From Tannockella kyphosi (GTDB taxonomy: Bacteria > Bacillota_I > Bacilli_A > Erysipelotrichales > Coprobacillaceae): 32,000 bases of DNA. The notes under the pieces were generated by a model, which was not told the origin of the DNA, made no database searches, and was given only the letters and a program-made list of their open reading frames with translations. The stretch is from assembly GCF_021054785.1 (NCBI RefSeq), contig NZ_CP088239.1:300001-332000 (forward strand). Reading direction: 5' to 3'. Of the stretch, positions 24,754-32,000 are shown piece after piece (the first letter of the stretch is position 1; each line of letters opens with the position of its first letter). Made by a program: the position numbers and the translations under genes.

Positions 24754-25745
24754 TATTCTTCTCCTCTCAATTCAGCTTTCGCTGCTAGTTGAGTTTCAAC
24801 TACAGTATTTACAATAGTTTCCATTTCTGCATCCTCATATGTAAGTTCATATGAGTTATAAATTTCATATAACATATAAGAATCATAACTAATTAATGGT
24901 GTATCAATTCCTAATGTTTGAATATATTCATCAATCTCAGTTTCATCAAAACTATCACATTTAATGAAATAGTAACCACTATCACCAGCAACTGGTTCAC
25001 TAGTATATTCACCTTCACTTAACGCAAATGCTGCAGTTTGAACATCTGTTCCATAAGCTGTTTCTAAATCATACATATTATCAATTAAACCAATGCTTCC
25101 GGCGCTACTAGCACTTGTATCGTAAGAATATTCTGTCGCTGTTTCACTAAACTCTTTAGTAGAGTTAACTAAAGCAGTAACTTCATCCAATGTAGCTTGT
25201 TCATCTTCTGTAATGGCATCCATATCAGCCACAGAAACCATAATAATAGATAAGAATCTTGGTGCACAATAATCAATGTAATCAGCTAAAACTTCATCAT
25301 AATTTTCATCTACATACGCTGATAAGAAAGCAGAATATTGTAAAGATAAAACTAATGATTCACGATAATCATCCACACTATAGAACCCAGAAGATACTAA
25401 TGAATAAACTAATTCAGATTCCCAATCTTCACCATAGTAATAGTAATAACTTTCTTCTATTTGTTCAATGATTAAATCTGCATCTAATTCCATATCATCT
25501 GTAATTGGATAATTTTCATCCATAACTGTTTGAATTACTGCTTCAAAAATAGCAGATTCTCCCGTACTTGTAGAAACAATCGATTCATATAGTTCATAAG
25601 CAGTAAAATTGCGATCTGTTAGAGAAGAAACTACATACTCTCCATCTTCTAGTACTTCTACAGATTCACTTGTGTTTGCACTACCAGTACATCCTGTTAA
25701 TAACAGTGATGCCGCTAGAGTAATGCTTAATTTTTTAAAATTCAT
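24753..25745 (-). CDS. PrsA-like foldase lipoprotein with a parvulin-type domain lacking both conserved histidines
   Basis: The start is set at MNFKKLSITLAASLLLTGC (lipobox LTGC, with GGAGGA 6 nt upstream) rather than the track start at 25802. The parvulin-like block is RFLSIIMV...EFSETATEYSYDTSASSAGSIGLID...AAFALSEGEYTSEPVAGDSGYYFIKC. B. subtilis PrsA has ASHILV...[24 protein letters not shown]...[25 protein letters not shown] at the equivalent positions. Confidence 0.7.
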   Translation of the reverse strand: MNFKKLSITLAASLLLTGCTGSANTSESVEVLEDGEYVVSSLTDRNFTAYELYESIVSTSTGESAIFEAVIQTVMDENYPITDDMELDADLIIEQIEESYYYYYGEDWESELVYSLVSSGFYSVDDYRESLVLSLQYSAFLSAYVDENYDEVLADYIDYCAPRFLSIIMVSVADMDAITEDEQATLDEVTALVNSTKEFSETATEYSYDTSASSAGSIGLIDNMYDLETAYGTDVQTAAFALSEGEYTSEPVAGDSGYYFIKCDSFDETEIDEYIQTLGIDTPLISYDSYMLYEIYNSYELTYEDAEMETIVNTVVETQLAAKAELRGEE

Positions 25746-25876
25746 GGTTGTCCTCCTTGTTTGTAACAGACTTATTATACTATTCTTTTTTCTAAATATC
25801 AATAAAATAGGCTAAAACACATCTTTCTTCTCTAAGATATCATATTGTATAGTAGTGAGAAGGTAGGGGGATCGAT

Positions 25877-25960
25877 ATGGGTAATAAATGTGATGGCATG
25901 GTTTCAGTCTATGTATTGTTTATTTTATTAGTTATTGTTGGTATTTATTGTGTTTGTTAG
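25877..25960 (+). CDS. Tiny transmembrane peptide (27 aa), YjcZ/tiny_TM-like
   Basis: It is not in the ORF track. The sequence is MGNKCDGMVSVYVLFILLVIVGIYCVC. A G-rich RBS lies upstream. The VLFILLVI core is shared with the next peptide and is reminiscent of the Bacillus/Clostridium tiny TM (YjcZ) family. Confidence 0.5.
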   Translation: MGNKCDGMVSVYVLFILLVIVGIYCVC

Positions 25961-25970
25961 GAGGGATAAC

Positions 25971-26048
25971 ATGATTGCACAAGATAGTTCTTTTTCAATG
26001 GTTTTAGTGCTATTTATTTTATTAGTAATCATTTGTTCTCTTTGTTAG
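25971..26048 (+). CDS. Tiny transmembrane peptide (25 aa), a paralog of the preceding one
   Basis: The sequence is MIAQDSSFSMVLVLFILLVIICSLC. GGAGGGA lies 5 nt upstream. Its end overlaps the stop of the convergent hemolysin-III gene by 4 nt. Confidence 0.5.
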   Translation: MIAQDSSFSMVLVLFILLVIICSLC

Positions 26049-26692
26049 AGATAAAATAAAATGGCAATAAAATGCATCATGGAAGCTAAGCCGATAAAAA
26101 TATGCCAAATAACATGGCTATACGCCATGTTTTTCATGGCATAAAAGATAGCTCCAATAGAATACATAAGACCTCCACCTACAATTAGTAATAAGAAAAC
26201 AGTAGATGCAGATTCTAAAATAGCGGGTAAAAATAAAATAGCAGTCCAACCCATTACTAAATAAATAGTTAAGGATAATTTAGGTAAGCTTTTAATCGCT
26301 AATGACTTATAGAAGATACCAATAAGAACCATTGACCATTGTATAACTAAAATAATAATCCCTTCTATTCCTTGAATCAAACAAAGAGCAACGGGTGTAT
26401 AACTACCAGCAATTGCAAAATATATAAAGATATGATCTAAGATACGGAAAATCTGTTTATGAGGACTGTTATGATCCATTGCATGATATAAGGTAGAAAT
26501 TAAAAACATCAAGAAAATACAGATAACAAAAACACTAACCCCAAAAGCTTGTTTCATACCTCCTTGAAGATAACTATAGATAGCACTAACAGGTAATAAT
26601 AATAAACAAACAATGGCCATTATTCCATGAATAATACAATTCCACATCTCTTGTCCAAAATAAGTTGGTAATTTTAATTCTTTTTCTTTCAT
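26045..26692 (-). CDS. Hemolysin III / PAQR family (YplQ-like) 7-TM protein
   Basis: It has seven TM helices with the conserved His/Asp pattern (N.I.HG..., LYHA, HIFIY, HVIWHIF). The start is set at MKEKELK (GAGGG 7 nt upstream) rather than the track start at 26725. Confidence 0.85.
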   Translation of the reverse strand: MKEKELKLPTYFGQEMWNCIIHGIMAIVCLLLLPVSAIYSYLQGGMKQAFGVSVFVICIFLMFLISTLYHAMDHNSPHKQIFRILDHIFIYFAIAGSYTPVALCLIQGIEGIIILVIQWSMVLIGIFYKSLAIKSLPKLSLTIYLVMGWTAILFLPAILESASTVFLLLIVGGGLMYSIGAIFYAMKNMAYSHVIWHIFIGLASMMHFIAILFYL

Positions 26693-26868
26693 TGCATAAC
26701 CCTCTCTTTTTTGTTTATTATACAAAGATGTTAGAAAAAGTAAATGCTATTGAAATATAAAATACAATATTTTGTCTATAATAGAAAAGGAAACAATAAA
26801 TTATGATATTAATTGTTTTTTAAAGGCACATTTAGTAAAATAGAAAGGTAAGAGAAAGGGGCAAAAGT

Positions 26869-27684
26869 ATGTCAACTTTAAAAATAACAGATTTACATGT
26901 AAGTATTGAGGAAAAAGAAATATTAAAAGGAGTAAGTTTAGAATTTAGTACTGGCCAAACACATGCAATTATGGGACCTAACGGTAATGGGAAATCAACT
27001 TTATTATCTGCTATTATGGGTCATCCTAAATATACAGTTACAAGTGGTAGTATTACATTAGATGGACAAGATGTTCTTGCTATGAGTGTGGATGAAAGAA
27101 GCAAAGCTGGATTGTTTTTAGCAATGCAATATCCTCAAGAAATTCCAGGAGTAACAACTTCTGATTTCTTAAAAGCAGCAATCAATGCAAGAAGAGAAAA
27201 ACCTATTTCTCTATTTCAATTTATTCGTACATTAGATGGTAGTATTAAAGATTTAAAAATGAATGAGGATTTAGCACATCGTTATTTAAATGCTGGTTTT
27301 TCTGGAGGAGAAAAGAAACGTAATGAAATCTTGCAAATGAAATTATTACAACCAACATTTGCTTTATTAGATGAAATTGATTCAGGATTAGATGTAGATG
27401 CTTTGCGTATTGTAAGTAAAGTAGTAAATGAAATGAAAAATGAATCTTTTGGATGTGTAATGATTTCACATTACCAAAGATTATATGAATTAGTAAAACC
27501 ATCACATGTTCATGTTTTAATTGATGGGAAAATTGTTTTAAGTGGTGGAGTAGAAATTATTGAAAGAATTGATGAATCTGGATATGAATGGGTAAAAGAA
27601 TTAGGTATCGAGTTAAAACAAGAAGAAAAGAAAGTAATTTTATTAGAAAGTTGCGCTAAAAAAGAAAGCTCGAAACAAGGATAA
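26869..27684 (+). CDS. sufC: Fe-S cluster assembly ATPase SufC
   Basis: Walker A is GPNGNGKST, the signature is FSGGEKKR, and Walker B is ALLDEIDSGLD. It is the first gene of the suf cluster. Confidence 0.95.
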   Translation: MSTLKITDLHVSIEEKEILKGVSLEFSTGQTHAIMGPNGNGKSTLLSAIMGHPKYTVTSGSITLDGQDVLAMSVDERSKAGLFLAMQYPQEIPGVTTSDFLKAAINARREKPISLFQFIRTLDGSIKDLKMNEDLAHRYLNAGFSGGEKKRNEILQMKLLQPTFALLDEIDSGLDVDALRIVSKVVNEMKNESFGCVMISHYQRLYELVKPSHVHVLIDGKIVLSGGVEIIERIDESGYEWVKELGIELKQEEKKVILLESCAKKESSKQG

Positions 27685-28517
27685 TGAAGATACAAGGGTT
27701 AGATAACAAAATTACCATTCAAGAAGAAAATCAAATAATACATATCGATAAAGATTGTTCTATCCATATAGAATATGCAATGGATGCAACAGTTTGTATT
27801 GAAATTAGTGCAAACGTAGAGTTAGTTGAAACTTATGTTGGTACTCAAAATTTAACAATTCAAAAAACAATCACCGTTAATCAAAACTGTGTATTAAAGC
27901 GTTTTGTAAGTAACGAAATGAACCAAGCAACCTTATTATTAGATGAAAAAGTTGTTTGTAAAAGAGATAGCCATGTCCGCTGTGCCTATGTTGATCTTGC
28001 TAGTATCAATGAAACGGTTAAGTATACTTATCAGTTAGTAGAACCAAATGCACAAGTAGAAGTACGTTATGCTGGAATGGCACATTTAGAAAATAAAAAA
28101 GCAGTAGATATGACAATGCATCACTTAGCACCATTTACTAGTGCGACAATGGATAATTATGGAGTAGTACGTGAAGCGGGAACATTAGTAATTGATGGTA
28201 CAGGACGTATTGATAGAGGAATGATGCAATCTAGTAGTCATCAAGTAAATAAAATTTTAGTTTTTGATAAGACAAGCAAAGCACAAGCAAATCCTTATTT
28301 ATTTATTGATGAATATGATGTAAAAGCTAGTCATGGAGCGAGTGTTGGTAAAATAGATGAAGAACATTTATATTATCTTCAATCAAGAGGGTTAAATCGT
28401 TATGAAGCGATGCATTTAGTAGTTTATGGATATTTTATTCCAGTAATGGAGTATATTGAAAATGAATCATTGAAAGAAGAGTTTTCATCAAGTCTAATGG
28501 AAAAGGTGGGAGTATAA
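27684..28517 (+). CDS. sufD: SufD-like Fe-S assembly protein, short form (277 aa)
   Basis: The C-terminal beta-helix/SufBD-domain motifs are ...NPYLFIDEYDVKASHGASVGKIDEEHLYYLQSRGL... It sits between sufC and sufS. It is about 150 aa shorter than typical SufD. Confidence 0.8.
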   Translation: MKIQGLDNKITIQEENQIIHIDKDCSIHIEYAMDATVCIEISANVELVETYVGTQNLTIQKTITVNQNCVLKRFVSNEMNQATLLLDEKVVCKRDSHVRCAYVDLASINETVKYTYQLVEPNAQVEVRYAGMAHLENKKAVDMTMHHLAPFTSATMDNYGVVREAGTLVIDGTGRIDRGMMQSSSHQVNKILVFDKTSKAQANPYLFIDEYDVKASHGASVGKIDEEHLYYLQSRGLNRYEAMHLVVYGYFIPVMEYIENESLKEEFSSSLMEKVGV

Positions 28518-29743
28518 TGATTGATGTACAAAAAATTCGAGAAGATTTTCCAATTTTTAAGTCATGTACCATGCAAGGGAAACCTTTAGTATATTTAGAT
28601 AATGGGGCAACTACATTAAAACCTCAATGTGTTATTGATGCTGTTTGTGATTATCTAACAAATTATTCAGCCAATGCACATCGTGGAGATTATGATTTAT
28701 CTTATCAAGTAGATAAAGCATATGAACAAGCAAGAAGTGATATTGCAAAGTTTATTGGTTGCCAAAGTAAAGAGATAGTTTATACATATGGAACTACGGA
28801 TAGTATGAATATGGTTGCTTTTGGTTATGGTGCAACTCATTTACAAACAGGGGATGAGATTTTATTAACTGTTGCCGAACATGCATCCAATATCTTACCT
28901 TGGTTTGAAGTATGTAAACAAACAGGGGCAGTTATTAAATATATTGATTTAGATGCTACTGGTCGTTTAACCGTTGAAAATGTAGAAAAAGCAATGAATG
29001 AAAAAACAAAAATAATTTCTATTGCACAAGTAACAAATGTATTAGGTTATATAGCACCAGTAAAAGAAATATGTGCTTTAGCACATCAAAATGGTGCTTT
29101 AGTATGTGTAGATGGAGCACAAAGTGTTCCTCATATGAAAGTAGATGTTAAAGATTTAGATGTTGATTTCTTTGTTTTTTCAGCTCATAAAATGTGTGGA
29201 CCTACAGGGATAGGTGCATTATATGGAAAATATGATATTCTTCAAGCAATGACACCAACTAGATTTGGTGGTGGTAGTAATGCTCGTTTCCAAAGTTGTG
29301 GTACTGTAAAATTAAAAGAAGCGCCAGAAAAGTTTGAAGCTGGAACTCCTAATATAGAAGGTGCAATTGGATTTGGTGCTGCTATTAATTATTTAGAAGA
29401 ACTTGGGATGGATGCAATTCATGAACATGAGTTATTATTACGTAATCATGCAATTATGAAAATGAAAGAAATCGAAGATATAGAAATTTATAATGAAGAT
29501 TCACCAGGACCTATTGCTTTTAATTTAAAAAGTGTATTTTGTCAAGATGCTGGATCTTTGTTTAATACCCATGGCATAGCTGTTCGTTCAGGACAACACT
29601 GTGCTAAAATATTAGATGAATATTTACCGGTTAGTCAAACTTTAAGAGCTTCTTTCTATTTTTATAATACAATAGAAGAAGTAGATCAATTTATTGAAGT
29701 TTGTAAGAAAGGGGATGATTTCCTTGATGCCTTCTTTGGATAG
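28517..29743 (+). CDS. sufS: Cysteine desulfurase SufS (class II aminotransferase V)
   Basis: The PLP lysine context is FSAHKMCGPTGIG, the catalytic Cys loop is RSGQHCA, and the N-terminal motif is YLDNGATTLKP. Confidence 0.95.
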   Translation: MIDVQKIREDFPIFKSCTMQGKPLVYLDNGATTLKPQCVIDAVCDYLTNYSANAHRGDYDLSYQVDKAYEQARSDIAKFIGCQSKEIVYTYGTTDSMNMVAFGYGATHLQTGDEILLTVAEHASNILPWFEVCKQTGAVIKYIDLDATGRLTVENVEKAMNEKTKIISIAQVTNVLGYIAPVKEICALAHQNGALVCVDGAQSVPHMKVDVKDLDVDFFVFSAHKMCGPTGIGALYGKYDILQAMTPTRFGGGSNARFQSCGTVKLKEAPEKFEAGTPNIEGAIGFGAAINYLEELGMDAIHEHELLLRNHAIMKMKEIEDIEIYNEDSPGPIAFNLKSVFCQDAGSLFNTHGIAVRSGQHCAKILDEYLPVSQTLRASFYFYNTIEEVDQFIEVCKKGDDFLDAFFG

Positions 29744-30164
29744 TACATTATTAAGACAAATTATCATGGATCATTATGAAAACCCTCGTAATCATCAGTT
29801 AGTAGATGATCAAAGATATCTTTCTGTAAATATGGATTCTTCTACTTGTATTGATAATATTGATATTCAAGCATATATTGAAAATAAAACAATCAAAGAT
29901 ATTCGTTTTGATGGAGAAGCTTGTGCAATATGTACAGCTAGTACTTCGATTATGTCGGAATTATTAATTGGTAAAACAATTGATAATGCAAAAGTTATTA
30001 TTGAAAATTTTATGAATATGATATATGAAAGAGAATATGATGCAGAGTTATTAGAGGAAGGAATTGCTTTTATGAATACCCATAAACAAGCAAACCGAAT
30101 CAAGTGTGCAACATTAGGTTGGACAGGTGTTACACAAATATTAGAAAGTAGCCAGGAGGGATAA
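29727..30164 (+). CDS. sufU: Zn-dependent sulfur transferase / scaffold SufU
   Basis: The protein begins [22 protein letters not shown] and carries the conserved Cys-containing segments ([16 protein letters not shown]). The start is set at ATG 29727, which is in frame with track ORF 29694. It overlaps the sufS end by 17 nt. Confidence 0.85.
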   Translation: MPSLDSTLLRQIIMDHYENPRNHQLVDDQRYLSVNMDSSTCIDNIDIQAYIENKTIKDIRFDGEACAICTASTSIMSELLIGKTIDNAKVIIENFMNMIYEREYDAELLEEGIAFMNTHKQANRIKCATLGWTGVTQILESSQEG

Positions 30165-30165
30165 G

Positions 30166-31572
30166 ATGTCAGATATAAAAAATACCATTCCTAGCGATGA
30201 ATATGCTTATGGTTTTAATGATGGAGATGTTTCTGTTTATAAAACAAGCGTAGGTTTAAATGAAGATATTGTTCGTGAAATATCAAAAATAAAAAAAGAA
30301 CCAGAATGGATGTTAGAGTTTCGTTTAAAAGCTTTCCGTCATTTTGAAAAAACACCAATGCCTACATGGGGTGTTGATTTGTCTTTTTTAAATTTTGATG
30401 ATTATACTTATTACATTAAACCAAGTGATAAACAAGAACAATCATGGGATGAAGTACCAGAAAAAATTAAAGATACATTTGATAAACTTGGTATTCCTGA
30501 AGCAGAACAAAAGTTCTTAGCAGGAGTTAGTACGCAATATGAATCAGAAGTAGTTTATCATAACATGTTACAAGAAGTGGAAGATAAAGGAGTTATTTTC
30601 TTAGATACAGATAGTGCTTTAAGAGAACATCCAGAAATATTTAAAAAATATTTTAATAGTGTCATTGCTTATAGTGATAATAAGTTTTCTGCATTAAATG
30701 GAGCTGTTTGGTCAGGAGGGTCATTTATTTATGTTCCTCCAGGTGTTGTATTGGATAAACCATTACAGTCTTATTTCCGTATCAATTCTGAACAAATGGG
30801 ACAATTTGAAAGAACTTTAATTATTGTAGATGAGGGTGCAAGTGTACATTATGTAGAAGGATGTACTGCTCCTACTTATTCAAAAGATTCTTTGCATGCT
30901 GCAGTAGTAGAAATAGTTGTATTAGATGGTGGTAGTTGTCGTTATTCAACTGTCCAAAACTGGTCTACTAATATTTTAAATCTTGTAACAAAAAGAGCGA
31001 TTTGTAAGAAAAATGCATCCATGGAATGGATTGATGGAAATATAGGTAGTGCCATAACAATGAAGTATCCTGCTTGTGTATTAGCTGGTGAGGGTGCCAA
31101 AGGAACATGTATTACCATTGCTGTAGCAGGAGTCAATCAAATTATTGATTCTGGTGCTAAAATGATTCATGCTGCTAGAAATACTTCTAGTAATATTATT
31201 TCTAAATCAGTAGCTAGAAATGGTGGAAAAGTAGATTACCGAGGGTTAGTAAAACATTTACCTGGAGCATATAATGCAAAGAGTAAAGTAGAATGTGATA
31301 CATTGATTTTAGATCGTGAATCTTCTAGTGATACGATTCCAGTTAATCATGTCCTTAATAATGATTCATTAATTGAACATGAAGCAACGGTATCAAAAAT
31401 ATCAGAAGATCAATTATTCTATTTGATGTCTCGTGGTTTATCGAAAAAAGAAGCAACAGAAATGATTGTGATGGGATTCATTGAACCATTCTCAAGAGAA
31501 TTACCAATGGAATACGCAGTAGAATTAAATCAATTAATTAAGTTAGACTTTGGAGACCAAGGAATTGGATAA
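30166..31572 (+). CDS. sufB: Fe-S cluster assembly scaffold SufB
   Basis: 468 aa with typical SufB blocks ([44 protein letters not shown]). Confidence 0.95.
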   Translation: MSDIKNTIPSDEYAYGFNDGDVSVYKTSVGLNEDIVREISKIKKEPEWMLEFRLKAFRHFEKTPMPTWGVDLSFLNFDDYTYYIKPSDKQEQSWDEVPEKIKDTFDKLGIPEAEQKFLAGVSTQYESEVVYHNMLQEVEDKGVIFLDTDSALREHPEIFKKYFNSVIAYSDNKFSALNGAVWSGGSFIYVPPGVVLDKPLQSYFRINSEQMGQFERTLIIVDEGASVHYVEGCTAPTYSKDSLHAAVVEIVVLDGGSCRYSTVQNWSTNILNLVTKRAICKKNASMEWIDGNIGSAITMKYPACVLAGEGAKGTCITIAVAGVNQIIDSGAKMIHAARNTSSNIISKSVARNGGKVDYRGLVKHLPGAYNAKSKVECDTLILDRESSSDTIPVNHVLNNDSLIEHEATVSKISEDQLFYLMSRGLSKKEATEMIVMGFIEPFSRELPMEYAVELNQLIKLDFGDQGIG

Positions 31573-32000
31573 AAAAGTAATTCGTAAAAAGATGATAAAA
31601 AAAAGACAAGGCTTATCAATGTTAGAATATAACGATAAGTCTTGTTCTATTATAACAAGACTGCGTAATCATCCTTTTTATAAAGAAGCAAAAACAATTG
31701 GTATTTATGTATCTTTTAATAAAGAAGTAGATACTTACTCTTATTTAGATTTACTTTGCCAAGAAAAACAAGTATGTATTCCTAAAACAAAAGGAAAAGA
31801 AATGGATTTTTTTGTTTATGATAAAAATAATTTAGAAGAGAATCAATATGGTATTTTAGAAACAAAAGATAGTCAAAAAATAAAAAAAGAAAATATTGAT
31901 TTATTGGTTATTCCTTTAGTAGCATATCATGATAGTGGGTATCGAGTTGGATATGGTGGAGGATATTATGATCGTTATTTAAAGGATTATAAGGGGCATA
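31565..32000 (+). CDS. 5-formyltetrahydrofolate cyclo-ligase (MTHFS), partial. The gene continues past the right edge.
   Basis: My translation is (L/M)[17 protein letters not shown]...[13 protein letters not shown]...CIPKT...[27 protein letters not shown]. The G.G.GYYDR motif is diagnostic. The start is either TTG 31565, which overlaps the sufB stop, or ATG 31592. Confidence 0.8.
   Translation, partial: MDKKVIRKKMIKKRQGLSMLEYNDKSCSIITRLRNHPFYKEAKTIGIYVSFNKEVDTYSYLDLLCQEKQVCIPKTKGKEMDFFVYDKNNLEENQYGILETKDSQKIKKENIDLLVIPLVAYHDSGYRVGYGGGYYDRYLKDYKGH

Noticed and set aside
25746-25802. The track's N-terminal extension of the lipoprotein (MIFRKKNSIISLLQTRRTT)
   Set aside because: The internal Met gives a textbook lipoprotein signal peptide (MNFKKLSITLAASLLLTGC) with GGAGGA 6 nt upstream. 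The extension has no RBS.
25259-25815. Two plus-strand ORFs (25259-25471 and 25609-25815)
   Set aside because: They are antisense to the PrsA-like lipoprotein gene. Their composition (H/N/L-rich) is typical of the reverse frame of an acidic AT-rich gene.
26693-26725. The track's N-terminal extension of the hemolysin-III ORF (MYNKQKREGYA)
   Set aside because: A GAGGG RBS lies inside the extension, 7 nt before the internal ATG at 26692.
27245-27695. Two minus-strand ORFs (27245-27505 and 27510-27695)
   Set aside because: They are antisense to sufC, which has unambiguous ABC motifs.
29694-29726. The track's N-terminal extension of sufU (MKFVRKGMISL)
   Set aside because: It lies wholly within the sufS coding region. 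Canonical SufU proteins begin close to the ...L..QIIMDHY.NPRN block.
29867-30103. 78-aa minus-strand ORF
   Set aside because: It is antisense to sufU.
30942-31136. 64-aa minus-strand ORF
   Set aside because: It is antisense to sufB.
1-32000. Alternative genetic code (TGA read as Trp, Mollicutes-like), considered because of the AT-richness and the Acholeplasma-like glycolipid genes
   Set aside because: TGA ends the flavoprotein gene exactly at the ATGA overlap with the next gene (16395-16398). Trp is encoded by TGG in the conserved motifs checked (for example WCGPC). No well-supported gene needs TGA read-through.
1-32000. Phage-defence island, prophage or toxin-antitoxin content
   Set aside because: I recognised no nucleases, ATPases, methyltransferases, reverse transcriptases or TA-like gene pairs. 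The only mobile-element trace is the 33-codon integrase remnant at 6984-7084.

Overview
The window is a visibly AT-rich chromosomal segment from a low-GC Firmicute. Gene content has an Erysipelotrichia/Bacilli flavour: RNase J, YhaM, PrsA-like lipoproteins, a SufU-type suf operon and alMGS-like glycolipid synthases. The standard code 11 applies, because TGA serves as a stop at 16396-16398. Nearly all of it is densely packed housekeeping, envelope and metal-homeostasis genes.

Gene order, left to right:
- rnj (partial) and degV.
- A YtrA-type GntR regulator, an ABC ATPase and two very large ABC-2-like membrane proteins.
- trxA, then tRNA-Glu and tRNA-Trp.
- A decayed integration scar.
- vanZ-like and capA-like genes.
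- feoA, feoB and a small Cys-rich membrane protein.
- A short FNT channel.
- An ArsR/CzrA-like sensor, a stand-alone HMA protein and a P1B-2 Zn/Cd ATPase.
- An HI0933/BaiN-type flavoprotein and a radical SAM/SPASM protein.
- A glycolipid locus: GT4, a UPF0104 flippase-like protein, an orphan, and GT4 fused in frame to RecX.
- yhaM and hit.
- Two acidic PrsA-like lipoproteins.
- Two tiny TM peptides and a hemolysin-III/PAQR protein.
- sufC, sufD, sufS, sufU and sufB, then a partial 5-formyl-THF cyclo-ligase.

I found no rRNA, CRISPR array, intact transposase or recognisable defence genes. I see no clear-cut novel system.

The best candidates for something undescribed are:
1. The tightly packed unit of orphan, GT4::RecX fusion and YhaM (19440-23434).
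2. The autoregulated GntR/ABC module with two jumbo permeases carrying large acidic soluble domains (1603-6323).
3. The tRNA-Trp-adjacent integrase remnant with direct repeats and 11-bp tandem repeats.
4. A frame discontinuity at a homopolymer at the rnj start.

All calls rest on reading translations and motifs by eye. No searches were run.
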